NCBI GenBank assembly: GCA_002633005.1
Contig: NMRA01000008.1
Location: forward strand, 1,506,206 to 1,570,205
Reading direction: 5' to 3'
DNA: 64,000 nt
Source: Phoronis australis
Taxonomy: Eukaryota; Animalia; Phoronida
A model generated the notes under the pieces. It was not told where the DNA came from. It did no database searches and was given only the letters and a program-made list of their open reading frames with translations. A program made the position numbers and the translations under genes. Position 1 is the stretch's first letter. Every line of letters begins with the position of its first letter. Below are positions 10,901 through 22,900 of the stretch, one piece after another.

Positions 10901-13900
10901 TTTTAAATATATTGGTGTGATGACGCTATCTTCCTGTTTTTGGATGGAATCGAGGTATTTTGTGCCATCTAGTGGCCATTTTTGCTGTTTTCAAATCTTG
11001 TTTTTGGTGTCCACCCCTGTATCAACCAAATCATTTGAAAATTGGCATATATGTTCTCAGTGTGAAGACGACCTTTGATGATGGTGACTGAATACTGTGG
11101 CGCCTCCTAGTGGTAGTTTTGTTTCGCGCCCATAGTTGTATCTCTTAAAACCTTTGCAGGATCCAACGGACACTGTGCCCACTAGTGGCAATTTTATTTT
11201 ATTCTGTTTTCGTTTGTTTCTCTGAAGTTCCTTGACAGATTTTTATGAAATATGGCATGTTCCTGTTTTTGGATGGATTGTATGTTTTTGCGCCATCTAG
11301 TGGCCATTTTTATGATACACCATTTGCTATGCATTCGTGGGCGCATTTCAACGCTCCGCGTTGCTCTTGTGTTAAATTTTACGATTTCATTGTTATTTTC
11401 TCATATTTCAGCAAATTCAAATTCCAATTGGACTGTTTTATATTTGCAGTTCATCGAACTCACTAGCTTTCATCATTTCGCCCCGTTTTTTTCTGCAAGA
11501 TGCTACAATTTGCTCCACAAGTATTCAGCATAAGTGCTTTGTAATTTTCACGCACGACTTTCATTGTATATGTGGGCAGCAAGTCAGGAACAATTTGTCT
11601 GGCGGAACCCCATTTATTTTGAGTTAAATACCTGTTAGTTGATCTACAAAGCATTCATTGCCATCAGATGGCTTATGCTGTTCACTCAGTTTTTAATGAA
11701 ACAGGTGGATGGGTGCAGCGTAACCTAAACAGCCAATCACCAAACAATCACATATAGTGTATACATATAGAATTATCATTTTGCATCGTCTGTCTCCAGC
11801 ATGCAGATGATGGAAACGAATCTGAGTTTACATGTACAAAGCGTATGATAGTGAGACAAAAATCTTCATAAGAAAACAGACATAGGGAGAGCAGGTGGTG
11901 TCGTTCCCATGATAATTTGACCTCTGTTATCCCCAGGGTATGGCAATACTGTGCACTGTTCATAGTAAATGGTAGCAATTTTTTCTAGCACTTTGGCCAG
12001 TTGCTACAGTTGCTAAAGAGTCAGTTACATGAACAGTTAATGCAAGTGTTTATTTTTGCTGGCGGTTTGAGTTGCTCCAAATTTGTTGGTGTTTTCACTA
12101 GAACTTGTATAGCCAAGTTGCACATCATTGCAGTAGTTGAGTAAACAGGCTTTGACATCAGTGTTGCTTTAAATATTCATGTGGTGAAAAAACAAACTAC
12201 TGGGGGTTGCCCCGTGTCTGTCTGGCTTAAAGATGCCATGTCTCATTAAAACCGTGAATATTTAAATTTGTAGCAAGCGCCGCCTAGTGACTTCTTGGAG
12301 AACTGGGTGTACAAGTATAATCGGGAAAGAAACAATTTGTAAATAAATTGCAATTTTTAAGAAACTGATACACTTAAAAACATTAGTGTGAACATATAAA
12401 AACCCTAGTAATTTGAAAGTGAAATAAGCTAATAAAAACTGTGCCTTAAAATGTTACCATACTCGTTTACATAAAACGAGACTTTCTCGAGATTGTAATG
12501 GTAACTGATTCTCAAATGGTTTCCAGCACACTGGAGGACCCAAGGCTGGTTTTGGTAAATTAGTACTTCGTTTGCATGTTCACAATTTAATGAGACATCT
12601 TTAGTGCCAGCTTTTATGCCACTGCAAAAACGCTGGCGTTTTTGCCACTCATGTGAAACTAGTATCAGACTGATGCCCCATTAGCTGTAGTCATTCCGTG
12701 AATGATATTATTGCAGAGAATGACTGAGCTTTAGTACCATTTCCCATATACTGCTTTACAGACAGTTAAAACTGCTGTTTTTGCCTTTCATGTGAACTCG
12801 CCTAACCTGGCNGCTTATGCTGTTCACTCAGTTTTTAATGAAACAGGTGGATGGGTGCAGCGTAACCTAAACAGCCAATCACCAAACAATCACATATAGT
12901 GTATACATATAGAATTATCATTTTGCATCGTCTGTCTCCAGCATGCAGATGATGGAAACGAATCTGAGTTTACATGTACAAAGCGTATGATAGTGAGACA
13001 AAAATATTCATAAGTAACCAGACATAGAGAGAGCAGGTGGTGTCGTTCCCATGATAATTTGACCTCTGTTATCCCCAGGGTATGACAATCCTGTGCACTG
13101 TTCATAGTAAATGGTAGCAATTTTTTCTAGCACTTTGGCCAGTTGCTACAGTTGCTAAAGAGTCAGTTACATGAACAGTTAATGCAAGTGTTTATTTTTG
13201 CTGGCGGTTTGAGTTGCTCCAAATTTTTTGGTGTTTTCACTAGAACTTGTATAGCCAAGTTGCACATCATTGCAGTAGTTGAGTAAACAGGCTTTGACAT
13301 CAGTGTTGCTTTAAAGATTCATGTGGTGAAAAAACAAACTACTGGGGATTGCCCGTGTCTGTCTGGCTTAAAGATGCCATGTCTCATTAAAACCGTGAAT
13401 ATTTAAATTTGTAGCAAGCGCCACCTAGTGACTTCTTGGAGAACTGGGTGTACAAGTATAATCAGGAAAGAAACAATTTGTAAATAAATTGCAATTTTTA
13501 AGAAACTGATACACTTAAAAACATTAGTGTGAACATATAAAAAACCCTAGTAATTTGAAGGTGAAATAAGCTAATAAAAACTGTGCCTTAAAATATTACC
13601 ATACTCGTTTACATAAAACGAGACTTTCGCGAGATTGTAATGGTAACTGATTCTCAAATGGTTTCCAGCACACTGGAGGACCCAAGGCTGGTTTTGGTAA
13701 ATTAGTACTTCGTTTGCATGTTCACAATTTAATGACACTAGAACTTTAAGTGCCAGCTTTTATGTCACTGCTAAAATCCTGGTGTTTTTGCCACTCATGT
13801 GAAACTAGTATCAGACTGATGCCCCATTCATGTACTGTAATCATTTCGTGAATGATATTATTGCAGAGAATGACTGAGCTTTAGTACCATTTCCCATATA

Positions 13901-16900
13901 CTGCTTTACAGACAGCCCATGTAGTTAAAACTGCTGTTTTTGCCTTTCATGCGAACTCACCTAACCTGGCGTGCGTTCAGTAGACGCTAGGACCTACGCT
14001 AGGACCTATCTAAAATCTAGTCATAGTCACGTTCTCATTTAATATACACGGCAATATCTCACGTAATCTCGTGAAGTCTTGCTTTTTAGAGAGGTCCTAG
14101 TGTTACTGAACGGGAGGCTGGCTGAAAGGCTGCTGTTTTCACTCATGTGAACTTTAGGTCAAAGTTTGGCCTCCCACTGAGGTGCGACATGCTCCTGTGT
14201 GAAATGGATTGTCGTCTGTGAACTCTCTTGTTGATTGTTAGTTTTCATAGAGGATTATTCAACATGTTGACTCAATGTGTAGATCATGGTTCTGTTTGCA
14301 TTTTGTGCCCTTTGAAGTTAGTTTCTAACACATTTGGAAATCTGGATGGGCGCTTAACTTGGAGATGGACATTTTTAAGTCCGAGGTTTCATCAAGAAAT
14401 TGGGAGTGTGTGATTACCCAGACCATCCTGATTCACAAGCAATGTTAGTTGCCCAAGCAAAAGTTGAACCAGGGCAACTGACACGAGTATTCAAATAGCT
14501 AAGGTTTCAATTTGAAAAAGGAAAAAAATTCACGTCGCAAAATAGATGCCAGAATTCAAGAACTGACCTGCCACACACGAATGTGATCAAAGTCTTTGAA
14601 GATTCTATTTGTTCGCAGTTCGAATTTTGCAACTCAAACAATTGAAAAACATCTTGTCGAACACCTTACATGAATTACAACTGAGGCTCTGTTGGAGTGA
14701 CGTATTGGTAGGCAGGAATAATACAATACAAATTTTAGAAGAAAATCGTGTGGTTTATGTCTTTAACATACATAGAACAGGTAGTTTTGCATGAAATAAA
14801 AAACCTCAAAAACGGACTTAGTGCAGTGCAGATTTCCTTTATTGGATAATTTGAGTTTGCTCCTGTATCTCTGAGTACATGCCATATTTCGAAAACTAGG
14901 TCAGCCATAGTCTGGCTCATAATGACGTTTTTTTTTGAAAAATAAATTTGTTGTAATTTGTGTGTAGCTGACTGTATTCGCGGTAGGTAAGGGTCAACCT
15001 TTACAACACTGTCATTTTTAATAACCTCGGTTATTCAAAAAAATAATTGCAGACAGTCTGGTACATGTATCAGACCGTGCGTCGGCTGCTCAGGTGAGCC
15101 TATCCCATGGAACCATTTTTAAGCTTTATATTAATATATAGTTAAAACCGAGCTGAGGAGCTAGAAACCTGACTCAAGGGTCTTACAGTGTGCCCCAGCT
15201 GAAGCCATGAGCTTGAGTAAAGAAGGCAGACACCTATCCCACTAGGCCACACTGCCTCCCTTGGCATAAGGACCTTAACAGAAAAGACTGTTCTTTGTTT
15301 TCTGGTTTTCTTTTTATATGGCACACCGTTTTAAAAACAATTGCGGGCATTAGTCAGTTACAGAGGCCCTTAGTTTGGGAACTAGTTTGATGCCATTTTT
15401 CTGTATTAGAAAAGTTGTTCTCAAAATGTGTGACCCACGTAAGTGACTATTGCGCTAATTTGTGTGAAACATTTGAACATTCAAAAGGTACTCGTCTACT
15501 TGTATAGCCTGAGTTGAACCCTGCGCTGGTGTCACAGTATAAAATCAACTCAGAGCACCCCGCACTAAAGCGCCACTAAGTCATTAGGGGTTACATCTGT
15601 CACAAGCATGCTGGTGGCAGGCGTTTCTGTTGAGTAAAGATGGGTTTTGAAACAGATATAGTAAATCTTCTGATAAGGCCCATTCATACTGACTTAACTC
15701 GGGTATGAGAGGAGCATGGATGTAAACTGCTAAGTTAATTGAATGGTTTGTACTAGCTTCGGTAGAAATTGATAGGTGATGCAGTCATCGTTGAAGTAAA
15801 TGCAATAGCAGTGGCCCCTGCTGATAACTACGAGGAGACTGGAGTTAAAGATGCATAGTCTCATTAAATTGTGATTATGCAAATGAAGTACTATTTACTA
15901 ACAACCCCGTAACCTTCAGAGTGCCGGAAACCATCCGAGAACCAGTTACCATTACAGTCTTGTTTTGTGATATTTTTATGTAAATGAGTATGGTATTCTA
16001 TTCATTGTTACCCTAATAAAATAAGGCACAGTTTTTATTTTTTGGTTATTTCAATATCAAATAATTGTGTAATATTTGGAATTTCTTTTTTTGTATATGT
16101 TCACACTTGTTCTTAAGTATATCAGTTGTGTTTTCTTTAGAACCGCAACTTATTTAAAAATTGTTTCTTTTCCGGATTATACTTGTACACACAGCTCTCC
16201 GGGAAATTACTTGGTGGTTCTTGCTACAAATGAAAATATTCAGGTTTGAATAAGACATAACATCTTTAACTGGTCATTAGTGACTGCAACTCACCAAACA
16301 CTGACATGTCAATGTTACAACAAAAGGGCCTGTGGAGATACCAAGTTTTCCTTAGAGATCTTGATGGAGTTCATTAGATTATTGCAAGAGATAAGATCTC
16401 TATTGATAGCTGTGAAGACCAGAGAAAAAATCCCGTGCTGTTCTTTTACGGCCGTCGTGCTTAATGGAACTTGAAATCTGAATCCTGAGCAACGAAAAAA
16501 TGTGCAATTAATGCTATGAAATTGATTCCTGTTTTATTGGGGCCTACCAAGATAGGTTTCGGTTGGATCTTGAAAATAATGAAAATGACTTAGAACTCAG
16601 AAGTGATTACGGTATTTACAATGTTTAGTGAGATGTCCATGCATGGGGTCTCATTCGAGGCATGTTTTGGGCTAAAGTTGTCCGTTCTCCCTACTCCTCC
16701 ACCCTGTTTCATCAAGATGTCATAAGGACATTATAATTGTTTTTATGGCTGAAAAGCGTAATTTTGGGATTATTCTTGAAGTTAGTGGCTTAAACCAAAG
16801 ATGTAAAACAACAAAATCCATTTTTGTGATTTATTACAAATCAGCAATTCTCGACACACGTTTGCTGAAGTCAAGGCAGGTGTCTTTACCATCTAGATAT

Positions 16901-19900
16901 GCTTAAAATACTCTGCTATTCAATGCATGAGATTTGGCTCAGGGGCAGATTGTTGGGCTGCTATTGCGGAGTGACTGGGTTTGATTATGCACTATTGTTG
17001 ATTTCTGTGATATTACCTTTCTTGCTAAGAATGACTGCCCCAGACGTTTTGGGAACAAGAGTCTGTATCCCTATTGTGAGATGGATGACAAAGCACATGG
17101 GTTGACATAAATAAGTTAAAAACCACATACAGTGATAAGATCAAAAGGTTAAGAAAAATTCAGACTGAATCAAGTGTGTGATGACTGAGCTAGCTGTAGA
17201 AGGAATAAATGAGCCTACTTGAGATTAGAAAATTAAAACTTGGTGTTTGGTGTCATTAGAGGCATAATTTGTCATTACCTAGATTTTATCTTTGGCTGAC
17301 GTAAATACCAACCAGATTTCTTGTAAGGATACATTAGCGATGACAAGTCATCGATAAATTTTTATGTTAGCACTCCTTTTGATATAATAAAGATATTTTA
17401 CTGCAGTAAGCACACTTTCGTCCCTTGCCAAAATGCAAAATGGACTCAGTTCTTGTTTCTGAATTAGTCTTCCTTGGAGGCTTTTTGTTGGTGGGGCTCA
17501 GTCCTCAGTTGCTGTGTAAATTTCGGTGTATTTGCTGCTCGTACTACCATAATTATCAGTGTTAAAGACCGTGTTAACTTGTACCTTGATACTGTTGTCA
17601 GAGTTGGGTGGATATTCTCAGCTGTTCAGGGGTCGTTGTCCCGTCTGGGCGAACTTGTGCAGGGGCGAATAACCTACCGGTGTGTACTGGTTTTGTTAAA
17701 ACTTTTTTTATTGATTGAACCTTAATGTTCAAATGTGGATTACATAGGTAGTTTGTGCATCTCCTGTTGACCTTGTTTTTTGTTTCAGGCGTGTTGGAAA
17801 ATACGGGGAGCGTGGGACTTGCCTTGATAGTATGGTTCGCCTGTGGGATTTTCTCCATGATCGGAGCCTACTGCTACGCCGAGCTAGGCACCATGATCCG
17901 CAAGTCAGGCGCCGACTATGCGTACATCTTCGAAGCGTTTGGGCCATTCCTAGCCTTCCTCCGCTTGTGGGTCGAATGTATGATCATCAAGCCTTGCCTG
18001 GCGGCCATTGTGGCTCTCACATTTGGCTACTACATCATTGATCCCATATTTCCGACTTGTGACCAGCCTCAGAACGCCATTCGACTGTTGGCAGCATTTT
18101 GCATCTGTGAGTATGGATTCAGAGAGTTTTGGTAAAAACTCTTCAATTTGAGACAAAAATGTTCACTCAAGTAGCCATTTTTATGCGCCCACATATTTAT
18201 ATGTGGACGCATTATGCCGTTATCTACTTCCGTCCGTCTGACATCTGTCCGGTGTCCGCTGCTCTATCTCCAAAATGCCGTGATGTATATTCATGAAATT
18301 TTGTACATATGTTCCTTTTGTGAATGGGACGGCATGAGCGAACTTTCGGACGGATCGGACTATGGGTGTGCCCCCTAGTGGCAATTTGATTTCTTATGTT
18401 TACTTCTGTATCTTCCAAAGTCCTGAATGGCTTTTCATAGAATTTAATATACAGGTACGTATTAGCGAGATGATGCTATCCTTTTGTTTTCGGATGGATT
18501 CGACGTAGTTTGCACCACCTAGTGGCTATTTTTACTGTTTTTGAATCTGTTTTTTGCGTTCACTCCTCTATCAACCAAACTGCTCAAAGGATGATTGTGA
18601 AAATTGGCATGCATTTTCTTACTATAAAGTGGACGGCTGACAATGATTTTCCGACGACTTCGACTGCTGTGGCACCTCCTAGTGGCAGTTTTGTTTTATT
18701 TGCTCCTATGACTGTATCTACTAAACCATTTGCAGGATCTTTACTTAAGTTAGCGTATTTATATGATGTTAACTATGAAGGACGAGGACTTTCGGACGGA
18801 TCTGACTACTTAGGTGCCACCTAGTGGCAATTTTATTTTTTTACGTTTACCACTGTATTGTTCTAAGGTCCTCAACATATTTTAAAATTTGGTATACAGG
18901 CATCTGTTAACCATTTGATGCTATCTCTTCGTTTTCAGATGAATTCGACCTAGTTTGCGCCACATAGTGGCCATTTTTACTTCTTTCAAGTCTGTTTTTT
19001 GGCGTCCGCTCGTCTATTAACCAAACCGCTTTCAGGATAATTGTGAAAATTGGCATGTATCTTTTTACTATGAAGTGGACGGCTGACGATTTTCCGACGA
19101 TTGTGGCTACTGTGGCGCCTCCTAGTGGCAGTTTTGTTTTTTTGTGCTCATAACTGTATCTCGTAAACCGTTTGCAGGATCTTTACCTAATTTAGCAAGT
19201 GTATTTATGTGATGTTGACATCAGAAGATGAAGACTTTCAGATGGATTTTACCACTGGTGTGCCCCTTAGTGGCAATTTTAGTGGTTTTTTTACGTTTGT
19301 ATCTTCAAAGGTACTCAACAGATTTTCATAATATTTTGAATATAGCCATCTATTGGTGAGATGATGCTATCATCCTGTTTTTGGATGGAATCGAGGTATT
19401 TTATGCCACTTAGTGGCAATTTTTGGTGTTTTCAAATCTTGTTTTTGGTATCCACATCTCTATCAATCAAATCATTCTGGGGATGGTTTTGAAATTGATG
19501 TATATGTTTTCAGTGTGAAGATGACATTTGATGATGGCAACTGACTACTGTGGCACCCCCATAGTGGTAGTTTTGTTTTGTTTTGCGCCAATAGCTGTAT
19601 CTCCAAAACCCACTGCAAGATCTGTAATTTAGTAAATGGATTTACATGAAGATAACAGACTACTTTCAGGCGGATGAAACGGTCGCAGTGCCCGCAAGTG
19701 GCAATTTCATTTTTTTCTGTTTTCCTTTGTTTCTCTGAAGTTCCTTGACAGAGTTTTATGAAATATGGCACGTGCCCATTTTTGGATGGATTGTGTTTTG
19801 CGCCATCTAGTGGCCATTTTTATGATACAAATAAATAACCCTAAAAGCACACCATTTGCGATGCATTCGGGGGTGCATTTCAACGCTTCGCGTTGCTCTT

Positions 19901-22900
19901 GTTTAATTTTTCATAGACTTGTTTCTGTGGCTCTACAAATGCTAAAAAGTTCTAACCAAATGCTGTTTGGTGATGGCCATCCTTTTTAAACCACGCTAAA
20001 AACTAAGTAAAATTTCCTGAAAAGTACTTTTAGTTAAAAAAAATCATTTGTCCCACATATTATGTCCCAAATTGAAGAATTTATGTGTTCAATGAGCAAT
20101 TTGCCTCGACAGCACACATGTCCCTCCACAACTTGTCAGGTCATTTCTGAACAGTTTGGTTACACACTTACTCTTTTGTCATTCCAAGTGAAAGAAATAA
20201 TTTGCCTAATGTGTGTCCCTAGCATTTGATTATGTCCTACATTAGGCTCGGCCTACGCAGAGGTGAGTACTCAAATACGATAGGTCAGGAATGCTGCATT
20301 TTTATTCACATGTTTCATCACTTGTTGACAGTACCATGGGTATGAAGAAAGATCTTAACTCTCAAATGAGGTCAGCCTTGGATTTATAATTATTTCCATC
20401 TTAATGTCCAAACGTAACATTTTTAATTGCTGTTTCCTTAATAATTTTTCATGATTTTAGCTGGTTACTGTCAGTGAATGTTTCATCATTCGTCTTAAAG
20501 CTTTTTATGATTTTCTCAGTTAATTTTAAAAAATGATGGCATTTGGCTCTTTCTCATTGCCCAGTAGATCATCTGCGGGCTAATATTGTTGAGGTGTTGT
20601 GAACTTTGTCCAAAACACTCTGATGAGAAATGGGTCAGTGTCAGCCGTGTGCCAATGGGTGCCTTGATGACCTCCTGGTTGTTGTGTGGCTTGTGGCTAC
20701 TATNACTATTTTTGAACTTGGAATCATGTGATGTGCTAGAATTAACATGAATAAAAGTGTAACAGTTTTCAGTAAAAGGGTGCTTTCCGTGATGCAGAAA
20801 CCCTTACCTCGATGATTTCCCATGTCTTACATTGGATGTGAGGGGTATTGATTCCTTAGGTGACTGCAAATATCTATGATACTATAGACGTTGACTCAGT
20901 AAAAGTCTATGTTTTTAGAACTTGATTTTGAGTATTTTTACCAAACTGCCATTAATTGGGTCATGTTGCCAAATTTAGCAAAAGAGAAATTGACACCTAT
21001 ACCATAAAATGTTGTCGATAGCTGGTTTTAAATATTTGATATACCAGTAAATGTACTCAAGATGAAATCTTAAAAAATCTGTTACAGTTTCAATAAATAT
21101 TTAGTTTTAGTTTTATATAACTTTACACAAGTGGATTCGCAAAAAATATTGCACTTTTATTGCCTGTTCTTTGGCTGGAGAAACTTGGGTCACAGATTTT
21201 TAATTTGCCTTCCAACATAAGAGATAATGGCTGTCAAAATGAAGACTTGCCAAAACTGATGTCGAAATCGTTGACTGAAAAAAACGGCCATGCGTACCCT
21301 GTTCTCAGAAACTTACTGCATACCTATCTTAAATTTCTCCCTGTAAAAATTATGTACCATTCAATTTCTAACTCAATTCCTCCCGTCAATGAAGATAGAA
21401 CGTAGACGATCACATACGCTGGAGGCTCGTGTTTCACCGATCTTGCCCCATTTTTGCCGAACAATTACGACTTCCATCTTTTATAATTTAAGAGCGTTTG
21501 ATGTGTGCTGACTGCCGAGAGTGGCAAATGCACCGAGTTCACAACTGTGAAGCAAAGGTCCTAATTCTAGAAAAAAAACTTTCAGTAATTCAAAGTTTGG
21601 AAGTCAACACAAATTTTGAAATAAATTTCGGGGAAATTATTGTCTGAGTTTGTTACTCACAGTGGTGTTTTGACGTTTTTCTTTGGTCGCAAAACACAAT
21701 TAAGGTTGAATTGATGACCTGCAGCTCACCAAATCTAGCAGTAGATTATAGTTCAAACACAAAGTTACAGCAAATATCACAATTTTCACAAAAAATCGAC
21801 CATGTAATTATAAACCTCTGTGCAGCATTGTAAGGCAGTGAGGACTGAAAATGACCAGTTAAGGTTGCTTGTAAACCTATTAGTGGAAAAAGACTGTTTT
21901 TAAAAATACGAACTGTGCATGCAGCAATTTATCCCATGCGCATTTAATCTGACGAGGGAAATACATCCATGTAATAAAGTTTTCCGTATTCACCTCTCGC
22001 ACTAGTTCAACAGCGACCTCTGACATGGAAAGTTCAAAAGGTAGGTCAATGTCAACTCGCCGTCTTCAGCCGGTTCAATCATCAAACTTTTTAATATAGT
22101 TTAAAGTAATACAGTTGCAATAGTGTAACTAACATTCGACATGCAACCAGGCCCTAAACATAAAATCTGGAACAAAACTGTTAATTATAAGACACTTTCT
22201 CTCAGTTTTCAATTGCTGAATACTATATCATCTGCAACTCAGGCGCCGATTCCTAGGAAATTAAAATATCAAAAATTGCTGAACAGTGTCATTTTGAAGG
22301 GCTGTTATTATGGCAGCAGGGGTGCTGAAACCTTTTCCATGTCTTGTTTGGCCCATGTGATTATCAGTAGATCCTCTCTGATGCAAAGTTATTCAATTCT
22401 GCAGTTTGTTATCAGTATCTGGCCTGAAGGTCAAGAAGGTCAAGCCATAATAGATTTCAGCGATAAAGTACACGTGTTCTGTTCAGCTCAGAGTCGATAG
22501 GGCACGAAGTACTTGACTTTAGTTTTGAGAGTAGTGCAGCGAGAAAATTAAGGTACCCTCGCGGAGAATGGCCTCGAAAAATTGACCTATCGCAAGCTCC
22601 GCTCCCTTGCGTAATGTCGACTATTAAGCAATAAGTTTTACCCAACAATATGTTGTTTTTCGGGAAAGTGGCGGCTTGGAAAGGAAGGTGTGTCAATAAT
22701 GCTGCATTCTAAATGGTCAGTTAAGCCGTCATTCAAAATTCTGGCGATGGGTCGATTGGGCTCATTTCAGAGCTCACCCTCAGCATGTGGCCCGGCAATA
22801 TTCCTAGGTCAGCAAATGTATGGCCACTTAACAAGGAAACCTCAGGACACCAAAAAGTGCATGTGTCCTAAAACCACTTTGAGGTTCTGATGTAGTAACA

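Noticed and set aside
11748-13120. Duplicated 76-aa ORF pair
   Set aside because: By-product of the probable assembly duplication; no coding signature
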